Positions 1-10,279 of a stretch of 64,000 nucleotides of DNA are shown here, in pieces; the stretch's first letter is position 1, and each line of letters opens with the position of its first letter. Source of the DNA: Leucoraja ocellata (taxonomy: Eukaryota); the NCBI GenBank assembly GCA_036785375.1, contig JAWMAR010000013.1:992001-1056000 (forward strand). Direction: 5' to 3'. Made by a program: the position numbers and the translations under genes. The notes under the pieces were generated by a model, which was not told where the DNA came from, searched no databases, and saw only the letters and a program-made list of their open reading frames with translations.

Positions 1-362
1 GCTTTCAAGTTATAGTTTTGAAGGCACCCAAATGTTTTGTTAGCTCAGATATCTCTCCATTTAAGGTTGGTTATAATGAATAGTGGCTCAGTGTCTCTTC
101 CAAATGTTTTCTGCAACGATGGTAATAGTTTTCTGCCGCTATCAGTCTTTTATGTATTCTAATAAATAATCCCCGTGAATGAGTCAACATCTGCATTGAA
201 GTTACTGACCCGAAATGGTCCAATGTGCTGGAACAGTTATTATAACAACATATCAATATATGAACAAAAAATGCAGACACAAACACTTCACACCACTGAT
301 ATTAAAAATATTTTATCTGTGTGTATAATTCTATTGAGGATTCCTGTATTTATAATGCTGAT

Positions 363-499
363 CTTCTTCTTGCGTATGGCGTGCACAGCCTAAAGTTGTA
401 GGTCAACTTGTTTTATTTGATCTACTTGTTTGTGCACGTCGGGTTGATTCCATTCGTCAAAACAGGGTGGACCACGTGAAGGTTGCAATCTCCCACCCC
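363..499 (-). mobile_element. Short non-autonomous retroelement with ...CATACGCAAGAAGAAG tail (Vingi/Ingi-like tail inferred)
   Basis: Perfect 11-bp TSD ATAATGCTGAT at 352-362 and 500-510; (GAA)n tail on the minus strand. Confidence 0.85.
446..499 (-). ncRNA. HDV/CPEB3-like self-cleaving ribozyme motif
   Basis: GGGGTGG-GA-GATTGCA-ACC-TTCACGT-GGT-CCACCCT-GT-TTTGA-C-GAA-TGGAATC: P1 with G1.U wobble, P2 (one mismatch), P3, L3 UUCACGU, catalytic C followed by GAA. Confidence 0.75.
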
Positions 500-2092
500 A
501 TAATGCTGATTGCTTATGTTAACAATATAATTAAACATTCCTACCAGAGGTGACATTGTGGCCCTTTGAATTGTGCATGTACCATGGTCCATGGAACAAA
601 TAGTGTAATATTCCAATAAACTAAAAAAATGTATTACCATATGATCCAAGCACATGGACAGAGTGCATGCTTGAAATTGGGAACCAAATTACACCAGCAT
701 ACAATGATCAAAGTATATTGTGCCTTCTAACCACCAAAGATGAACCAGGCTGTCATTCTGCACAATTCCATTGAAGAATGATTAATTTTTAATTTAAAAT
801 AATGAATCAAATTTTGAACAGCAAAGGTTATATACAGCAAAACAAAAATAAACAAAGAAATCACCATTTACATTGATGCACAGGATGAAACTGCCATTGC
901 AGTTTTGGAGTATTTAAACTATACTCCTTGGTTCTTCCATTCACCTCGCCAATCAATTAATTGCCTGGAGGCCAGAAAGATGGAAGTCAATTGGAAATGA
1001 AAGATGCAAATCATAAAAGATAACTAAGAAAAATGTTATTTATCCTTGTCATAGATAGTCAACAAGTGTGGGACAACAAGCTCGTAACATTGCAATTTCA
1101 GGAAATCTCTCAATGTGTGCATGTTCTCACCACTCCAGCAAAGTGACATTTTTGTCACAATACCATTTTCTCTCCATCAGCAGCCCACAGTTATAATGGA
1201 AATGATTTACATTAAGATGCAATGCTATTAATTACAATCTCCTCTACTAGCAGTCATGTTCCACCATCTCAGCGCTGTTCTCCATAAAATCCACCTGCTC
1301 CAACCAATTTTTACTCTCAGCTTTCAAGCAAGGATGACTTTAAAATGGGAAAGTGAATTATGACTTGACAGCTCACATGGAGTGAAATGATACTAAAATA
1401 ATAAAAAAAGTAAGAATAAATTGTACAATTTTAAAATGTGTAACCCTGGGCCAATTATGCACTGCTTCTCAATCCCCTTCTATATAAAGAGCACACTTGC
1501 TCTGGGCACCTCCTGTGCAACACTATGGGAGACCAACTAGTGTCTTGAAATGTTTTTACATTACGTCTTCTCAATATGCATTTTAGGCAGGAAATGCACT
1601 GTTTTTAAAACAGAGTTATGGCTGGCGGCCTGTGAGTAAATCCAATACATGACAATGCCTTATGATAGACAAGAGCTAATTGTCTGTGATTGTCATAGGT
1701 AGTAAAGAGGTTGTCATGACAGTCAAAGTTTCCAAGCTGGAGCCAGTGAACAGATTATCAGACTGATGGATCAAGGCGATTTTCACTTCTCACCCCTCTT
1801 CAGGTGAAAGAAATAATTAGTATTCTGTACCAGCATGTTCAGAACCAGCTTGGGTTTTCTTCAGAAGTACTTACCCAGTATGAAAGATCTCCTTTGATGT
1901 GAGGTGTAATATGCTCCTTGGAGAGGTATTTTTGTTGCTAGCTCTCTTTAGTTTGTGAATTCATTCAGAGCAATTGTATTTCCACAGCATGGCAGTGAGG
2001 AAAACTTTGTGTACATTTGTGCTAGACCTGGATAAAATACTCACGAAAATTTTTAACATTTAACTTTTTCAAAATAGGAATAGTATGATTTA

Positions 2093-2902
2093 GGATGGGA
2101 GTGGCGGCGCCTAACTGCAGCGGCTTGACTACAGTCGTCGGTCTTTTTTTATTTTTTGTCTTGTTAAATGTATGATTTTGAGTCAGTTTGTATTATTTTT
2201 TTTTAGCTGTGTATATGTGGGGGGTGGTGGGGGGGGGGGGGCTGTGGGGGGAACCGTTAATCTCTTCCCTGTGCGGGGACCCGACTATTCCCTGTCGGGT
2301 CTGGGATGTCGTTGGGCCTAACATCGTGGAGCCGGCGGCGACCTCCGGCCGGGACTAACCTGAGGGCTCCAGTTGCAGAGCCTGCGGAACTGACATCGCG
2401 GAGCTGGCCAACTTCGGAGCGGGAAGAACTGTGGTGGCGTGCGGCTGCGACCCGACTTTTGGAGACCCGGTGGACGGGAACATCGGGAGCTCGCAGGTCC
2501 CTGGTGGGAGACCGCTTTTCCGAGCTCCGCAACGGCAACTTCTCCCGCTGGAATCGCGGGTTTGAAGGACATGGAGCCGGGGCCTAACATCGCCCGGCGT
2601 GGCTTAACCGGCCTCAGGACTTACCATCGCCCGCCGGGGGCTTTAACATCGGAGCCCCAGTTCGCCTCGACACTGCAGTTCGACTGCTGAGCCACGGGAG
2701 AAGGAACAAAGGGAAGAGATAAAGACTTTGCCTTCCATCACAGTGAGGAGATGTTGGAGACTCACTGTGATGGATGTTTATGTAAACTATGTTAAGTGTG
2801 GGTCTTGGATTGTGTTTGTAATGTAAAAAAAACTGTAAAAATGGAATTTCGTTCAAACCCAGGTTTGAATGACAATAAATAGCATTCTATTCTATTCTAT
2901 TT
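2093..2902 (+). mobile_element. GC-rich non-autonomous retroelement with 3' hairpin and GACAATAAA-(ATTCT)n tail
   Basis: CpG-rich island in AT-rich DNA, internal repeats GGGCCTAACATCG, microsatellite tail; 3' end shared with 39846-40595 and 13040-13230. Confidence 0.75.
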
Positions 2903-3059
2903 CTGCTGAATATAAACATCTCTCTGAATTTGTAGCCTCATCAAGATCTCAGGACTCAATCTGTGATGACACTTCAGTTCAGTGTAGAGGGCATGGTTTA
3001 ATATTTTGCTGTTTTATATATTTAGAGGTGTCATCATTCATTCAAGACGAATGTTCAGG

Positions 3060-3470
3060 CGATGTATAAAGAGTTCATAGCCTTTTCCTCAAACTGTTCA
3101 AACTCCCCCATAATTGACTTTTTTGAAGAATGACCAAGAGGATTGCCGGGCGGTAGACTTTACCTACATGAACTTTACCAAGGTCTTTGACAAGGTCCCA
3201 CGTCAGGCTGGTGAGGAAGTTTAGATCCCATGGGAACCAGGATGAGCTAGCCAACTGGATTAAAAAATGGCGTGGTGCTGGAAATCAGAAGGTAGGCGTG
3301 GAGCGTTATTTTTTCAGTTTGGAGGCCTGCGACCAGAGGTGTGTTTTGGGGATCAGTGCTGAGTCCTTTTGCTGTTTGTTATAAATACTAACAGTTTGCA
3401 TGATAATGTATATGGCATGATTAGTAAGCTTGCAAAGATGACACCAAAAATTAGTGTAGGTGAAGACAAT
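3060..3470 (+). mobile_element. CR1 LINE RT fragment (degenerate)
   Basis: Decayed 'YMDFxKAFDKVPH', 'GSVLxP' and 'ISKxADDTK' coding remnants. Confidence 0.8.
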
Positions 3471-3479
3471 TGTCTCTGT

Positions 3480-4090
3480 TTACAATAGGATCCGCGATGT
3501 TGGGAGTCGGCGGCCACAGCGCTCCGGAGCTTACCGCACGGCGACCCGGTAAGGCATTGCCCGCTCCCCGCTGGTATCCCAGCGCTGTGGCCGCCGACTC
3601 CCAACATCGTGGAGCTGGGGCTGCGGGCGTCCGGTCGCGGGCGCCGCTGGATTTGCACGCCGCGCAGCCAGGGGTAGAGTTGCCGGGGTCGGAGCTCCAA
3701 ACGGCGCCGCCCGCGGCCGGACGCCTGCAGCCCCAGCTCCGCGATGTTGGGAGTCGGCGGCCACAGCGCTCCGGAGCTTACTGCACGGCGACTCGGTAAG
3801 GCATTGCCCGCTCCCCGCCTCTCCGACCAGGTAAGGGACTAAGAATTAAAGTTTCCCCCTTCACCCCCCCACCACATAAAATCCCTCCAAACTAACTGAC
3901 TAACATTTAAGCAATGATTTACAATGATTCCCCGGTCTCCGGGGAGGAGGCAGCCGCTCCAGACTTTTCAAGCCGCCCGCGCTACCTACCTAATCTACGC
4001 TAAAAATCTTCCATTCCGAAATACGAAAAATTCCGAAATCCGAGAAGTGTCTGGTCCCAAGGCTTTCGGATAAAAGGTTGTGCACCTGTA
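3480..4090. mobile_element. GC-rich non-autonomous Tc1/mariner-superfamily (pogo/Tigger-like) element, left end missing
   Basis: Ends ...CGGATAAAAGGTTGTGCACCTG-TA (CAG..-type TIR followed by TA); internal direct and inverted repeats. Confidence 0.6.
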
Positions 4091-4099
4091 CCACATTAA

Positions 4100-5732
4100 A
4101 CAACCAAAGTTGCCTGGTTGCACATAATTACTCGTGTTTTTTTCAAATTATCTGGTGTTAAACTATGCCGTCTGTGACAGAATATGCTTCAGTTGTGAAA
4201 AACGTATTTCTATCTCAGCTGAGGTCACTGGTGCATACCCGAAACAAGCTACAGACTCTATATTCATATCGATATCTTGTGCATTACAACTACCTTTGAG
4301 AACTTTAGCTATGTTTTCTATTTCTTCAAGATCTTTGTTAGCTAAAATCACTCTCTCACATTTTCCTTGTATGTCTTTACCTAAATCGCCAGGAACTTTA
4401 CGAATATCGTCAGTTACTTTATTGAAAACCTGCAAGTTATTCACTAATTTTTCACCACGTTTCTCAAGGGAAGTGATAGCTTGTGGGAAGTTTGCAAAAT
4501 TGGAAGCAATAAACACAAGATCACGGTGGAGGATACATGATTTCACTGGCGATCCAGAAGCAGCAGATTCTTCTTCTTCAAAACAGTTGACGATTTATTT
4601 TATCTTTTCAAAATTTACAGCTTGGTAGAGTACAGCAGAGAGCCATGTACCCCACCTAGTCAATTAGCCATGTACCCCACCTAGTCATGGGCTGAGAAGG
4701 TACCGGAATCTCGGGTGCCATGTCCTTTAACAACTGCACACGTGACGGTGATTTGAGGAAGATTTTCTTGACATTGGAAACTAGGCGATCGACATTTGGA
4801 AACAAGCTACATATGTGCTTGGCAATTCCATGAAGTCCTTGAGCTAAGCATGTCAAATGCAACATTTTGGGGAGTAATACTTTAAGTCACAAACAGAAGA
4901 ACATTCTCGTGTATTATACCTTCTGGCCAAAGTACAGCAAGTGAAGATGTAAACAACTGAGCAATAGTTAAGCTGTTTCACTTCCCCAATACTTCCAATG
5001 TCAACAAATACTTCTTTGATGGTTGACCTGCCTCTAGTGTACCAATGACCACATTGGCAACAAATCTCCCCACAGCATCGGTCGTCTCGTCTATTGAGAT
5101 CCATATTTTGTAGCATGCAACTTCATCTTTAATTTTCTGCACAACAATGTTGAAGTTGCTATCAACATAATTTTTCCATAATGATGACTAGCTTGGTATA
5201 TGTTCCTCTGTGTATTTCTCTAAAAAACTTCAGAGATTTGTTTTCCAATTTCCACAGTGGAATTCCAGCATCAATGAATGCCTTGCACAGGTCACTCGAA
5301 AACTCAGATATGCGACTGGAGCCAGCAGTAAATGTAGTGAGGAGATAAGCTTGGGTATTTCGCTTGGGTAGTCTACACCCCAGCGGTAACAACATTGACT
5401 TCTATAATTTTAGATAGTCCTTGTCTTCTCCCTCCTCCCCCTTCCCAGCTCTCCTCCTTGTCCTACTGTCTCCGCTTCTTCCTTTCTTTTTCCTGCCCCC
5501 CCCCCCCCCCCCGCCCCACATCAGTCTGGAGAAGGGTCTCAACCAAAAACATCGCCTATCATTGTAATTAAGGTACAACTAGAGAAAATAGCACGACCTT
5601 TTAGCAAAACGGCAAAAAAAGGCTGATTTAGGCACTCAATTGTGAAAAAGGCATTATCCTGGTGAAATCATCAAAAAAGGCATGAAAAGGCTTGAAAAGG
5701 CACATTGCATTTATGGCAAAATCCCGGCTCTA
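4100..5732 (-). mobile_element. hAT-like (DUF659/CGGBP-related) DNA transposon with frameshifted transposase
   Basis: Fragments EFSSDLCKAFIDAGIPLWKLEN, IWISIDETTDAVGRFVANVVIG, HLTCLAQGLH, TRWGTWL, APVTSAEIEIRFS; terminus TAGAGCCGGGATTTTGCC starting at 5732 on the minus strand. Confidence 0.85.
5355..5560 (+). mobile_element. Penelope-like element 3' end inserted in the transposon
   Basis: FRLGSLxPSG-like coding end, pyrimidine tract, degenerate CTG.AGAAGGGTCTC.ACC.AAAAC. Confidence 0.7.
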
Positions 5733-5794
5733 TTGAGAACATACTTGGAGTGCTGTGCACAGTTTTAGTTGCCACGTTATAGGAAGGATGTGAT

Positions 5795-6720
5795 TAGAAC
5801 ATAGAATATACAAAAGTACAGCACAAGAACGGGCCCATTGTCCCACAACTTCTGTGACAAATATAATGCCAAGACCAATGCTTGTCTGCTGGCACAAAAT
5901 CCATATCCCTCCATTTCCTGCATCTCCATATGCCCATCCAAAATTCTCTTAAACATCACTATGATATCGGCTTCAACCCCAGTACATTTCAGCTACTCAC
6001 AACCCTCTGTGTGAAAGAACTTGCCCTGCACATCTCCTTTAATCTTTGCCCCTGTCACCTTAAAGCTACACCCCCTAGTATTTGATTTTTCCATGCAGGG
6101 AAAAAGGTTCTGACTGTCTACCCTATTTAAGCCTCTCATAATTTTATATACTTCTATCAGATCTCCCCGCAACCTCCAGCGTTCCAGAGAAAACAATCCA
6201 AGTCTGTCCAATCTCTCCCAATAGCTAATACCCTCTTATCAAGGTAGAATTTTGGTAAACTTCCTCTGCACCCTTTCCAAATCCTCCACATCCTTGCTGT
6301 AATTAGGAGACGAGAATGGCATGCATTACTCCCAATGTGGCCTAACCAAAGTCCGATAAAGCTGCATTATGACTTCCTGACTCTTATACTCAATGTCCTG
6401 ACCTATGACTACAAGTGTGGCACGGTGGCACAGCAGTAGAGTCGCTGCTTTACAGCGCTAGAGACCCCGGGTTTGATCCTGTCCACAGGTGCTGTCTGTA
6501 CGAAGTTTGCGCATAACATCTGCCTTCTTTATCACTTTCAGGGCGTTATGAAATCGGACCCCAAAATCCATCTGCACATCAATGCTGTTAAGGGTCATGC
6601 TATTCATTATATATTTTCTCCTTACATTTGACATCTCAAACTGCAACGCCTGACACTTGCTCGAATTAAACTCCATCTGCCATTTCTCCACCTATTCTGT
6701 AGCTGATCTATAAATTTCAA
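5795..6720 (-). mobile_element. CR1/HER1 LINE 3' fragment
   Basis: ORFs 5993..6211 (LGLFSLERWRLRGDLIEVYKIMRG) and 6458..6691 (WQMEFN). Confidence 0.9.
6415..6512 (+). mobile_element. HE1-like tRNA-derived SINE head
   Basis: TGGCACAGCAGTAG box A, GGGTTTGATCC box B, GTGCTGTCTGTACG. Confidence 0.75.
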
Positions 6721-6829
6721 ATTGCCCTTCCATATTAGTATTCTCCACGCCAATCTCACTGTCCACCATGTCCTTCTCCTTGATGGAAACAGATGCAAAG
6801 TTCTTATTTAGTAAGTTACTTGTGAGTAA

Positions 6830-7275
6830 GGATGCTGAAAAGATTCACAAGTATATTGGTTAGATTGAAGAGCTTGAGATACAAGAGGAGATTGCATAGG
6901 TTATTTCCTTGGAGCTGGGGAGGCTTAGAGGTTTGTAACATTATGAGGGGATTAGGTCAGGTAGATAATCACTGTTCCTTTCCAGAGTAAAGGAGTTTAG
7001 AACAAGAGGGCATAGATTTATAGGGGACCCAAAGGGAACGATTTAAAGATGACCTGAGGGGAAAGATTTCCACACAGCAGGCAGTGGGTAAATGGGACAA
7101 AAAAAAGATGGTGAAGGAAGGCACAGTTATAACATTATAAAGATCGATACAAGGAAATAAATGATTTGGAGGATATGGGATTAACAGATGAAAATTGGAC
7201 TAGCTCAGGTAGACACGGTCAGCAAAAACGATTTGGGCCAAAACGCCTGTTTCTGTGCTGTATAGTTCTATAACC
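6830..7275 (+). mobile_element. CR1 LINE 3' fragment
   Basis: Decayed RTRGH segment and ...TGTTTCTGTGCTGTATAGTTCTA tail. Confidence 0.7.
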
Positions 7276-9690
7276 ATGCCAACTTTTATTCATATCATTA
7301 CAAAGCGATTCCAAACAAAGTGGTATTTAAGTGGTATTTAAACAATTTGCTAATAGTTTAATTCAATGTGGATTTTTGACACATGATGAGAATATGAAAT
7401 GGGCTCTTTATACTTCTGGCATTACTTCACAGATATTTTATGCACATATTTATGTTAGGTATGCTGATATATATGGTGCTACAGCAAACATAGTGATCAT
7501 TTGCAGAATACATTGTAGTTTTTTTAGTTTAGTTTAGAGATTCGGCATGAAAACAGGCCCTTCAGTCCACGCTGACCATGGATCACCCGTTCACCCTAGT
7601 TCTATGGTATCCCCACTTTCTCATTCACTATAGTAAATGGATAGAAAAGGTTTAGAGGGATATGGGTCAAACATGGACAAGTGGGACTAGCTTAGATGGA
7701 GCATCCTTGTCAGCGTGGTTAAGTTGGATGATAGGGTTCATTCCCGTAGTGTATGACTCTGTGATGAATCTAGTTTGAGTAGTCTTCTAGTGTAGAACAT
7801 CTGGATGATCACGCCTTCTACTACCCATGCAAAACCACGTGAAAGAAAAGTCAATGTTTACCCTGTTAGGTAACTCAATCCAAATTTGGCTTGTAGCAGT
7901 GCAGAAATATCTGTGGTGTTACTTTGGAGTATGCAAAATTAAAATAACCCAATTGAAAATGCAAATTAAAAATAGACTGCAAAAAAGGAAAATGCTGCAG
8001 CCAACCGGCCAACAGGCAGCACCCCTGGAACTAGAAACAGAGCTAATGTTTCATGTCGAAGGGTCCTGAACCTGAAAAATAACTATTTCTCTTTTCACCA
8101 ATGCTGCCTGCCCTGCTGAATGTTTCTTGTATTTTCCATTTTGTAGATTGGAGAAGAATTACAAAAATGGTTTCCAATATCTAGGCCATCGTGAATAAAT
8201 GTATCTCTTCCAAGGTACACCTGACCACAAATTTGGCTGTCACTTTGTGAATTAATTCTTTGTGTTGATTTTTGCCATTCAGGGTGCGAACATTGAGCAT
8301 TTGGATTTTGGGCATGTAGCATCAACACTAATGTGGACTCTAAAACTGTTATTGATTTTAACCCCGGTTACAATAAAACATTCACCGTTGGACCACAAAA
8401 AACTGTGTTGTAGTTGCTCTGAATGAATGGCAGTTTGTTACATGCTTGTGTCGAAATATGGAGCCATACTCAGTAAGAATGACATTTCAGACTTATAGGA
8501 AGATTATGATTTTTATTAACCCTATCTAGATTGCACTTGAATGTAAGTATCCCAGAAATGAAAGAGCAATATTCCAATCCCCTGCACCAATTAAACTTGG
8601 CGGTTGTTTCTTTTCCCCTTGTAGGAAAAAGGCAGCCATACATTTATTTAGTTCATACATTTATTAAACATCTACTACTGAAAAATGACAAACAAAAAAC
8701 AAATCCATAATGGATCTGTGCCTATCCAGGAGGGAGAAAGGTTTGCAACTTGCAGACAAGCAGAGTGTTTATTGTAGCAGCTATTGAATTCATCAGCATG
8801 CCCGGCATAAACTTGTGCATAAAACATCTATGACACACATGTATGCAAGTCAGAATAAGTGCATTCCAGCTAACACTGGTAAGTTCCAGGTATTCTGGAT
8901 CCCGATAGAAAAGGACTCCACTCATAAGTGCCACAGTTCTCTCCTGCAGATATGGGTGGCTGGATATAACAGAGATGACCAGCAATCCTTCACCTAGCCC
9001 CAGGGCAGGAATATCGACCCATCTTAAATGTGCACAAGGGAGAATATCCTCAATGTACTCTGTTCAGTCATCGTTAGTAGAGTCTCTTGGAAGAGAATTT
9101 CCCCGACTTTTAGTAGATACTGAACTAAAACCCTCGTTTATGTGTGCAATTGGAATTTCTGCCAAAACAATAGCAGAGAACTCAAATCCAGAGGGCTTTT
9201 ACTCTCTTCATCCCGAGGCATGTAATGTTACAATACAGCCTGCAGAATGCAGAACAAAGAAATATCTCATGATTTACTTTGCAACCGCGAGTTGTAGGCA
9301 AGCAAAATTATCAACTGGATTTGTAAAAATTAAACAGAGATGATAAAATTATGCAGAGATTTCAGAGCGCATTGAAATTAATCCCGGGAATAGGAAAACA
9401 ATTTCATTTGATTAGGATAGACAAAAGTGCAAAACTAGATTGTTCAAAACTGAAAGGTTCCATTGATAGTACAACAATAAAAATTCTGAAAAAATATTTA
9501 ATTTTCCCAAATAGATCTAAAATACTTCCCCGTAGAACAATTAGCTGTTTTATTTCCAACTGAATTTATGGCTTCGGCCCTGGTTTAGTACAGACAACTG
9601 GATACATCTGAAGCAGAACTACACAATGAATGCACAATACCCAAACTACCGGTAATCACAAAAATGAACTCAAGCAGTTAAGGACCTTAC

Positions 9691-9874
9691 CTCTTCATTT
9701 TTGGTTTAAGATTCTTCTTCTGCTGATTGGCCATTATTGTGACACTCAGCTTCTGTGGTGCATCTCGAAGTCCAAAGCTTTTGGCAGCGTGCCCAAGGTG
9801 AAGAGATTTCACGTGAAAGATCTGCTTTAGATTTGCTGGATACGTGGCATATGCTCGAATGGATGACTGCAATG
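9691..9874 (-). CDS. DDX31: DDX31 exon, C-terminal extension/DUF4217 ([40 protein letters not shown]...)
   Basis: ttcttcag/gtaagg, 184 nt; [16 protein letters not shown] signature. Confidence 0.96.
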
Positions 9875-10279
9875 CTGAAGAACAATTTAACAATATGATT
9901 AGGAATCAGTCACTGTGGAAAATTTATGTGTGATATCTCTTTATTTCTGCCATATAAGCTCCCCAGCAATGAAAATTTTAATTTTTCAGAAATGAAATAT
10001 CATTCCATCAGTTATCAATTATTGCTGCAAATGTAAGTAAATAAACATTCTATTTTATAAACACGGTACCACCATTCTAAATGACATAAGACAATCTAAA
10101 TTATAAATGAGGGCATGTAATTTGTAATAGGATTTTTTTTTTTTTAAATGGATAAAAAGAAGACTTTTAAAAAGGGGAATACATTTTATCTGTATGTCTA
10201 GGTCTAAAAGGTCCCTGACCTTAACTTGCAGCTGAAAAAGACATTGACGAGGCCAGACCATTCAATTTTGGGTTCAGTG

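Noticed and set aside
2257-2690. Overlapping 83-93 aa ORFs / apparent CpG-island promoter
   Set aside because: Inside a tailed repeat element with relatives elsewhere in the window; ORFs on both strands reflect GC content
4134-4628. 164-aa plus-strand ORF
   Set aside because: Antisense shadow of the transposase relic
6415-6490. tRNA gene
   Set aside because: Box A/B-like head continues into SINE body with no proper cloverleaf; the same applies to 35055-35192
8975-9343. 122-aa plus-strand ORF
   Set aside because: No recognisable homology or exon context; antisense to DDX31
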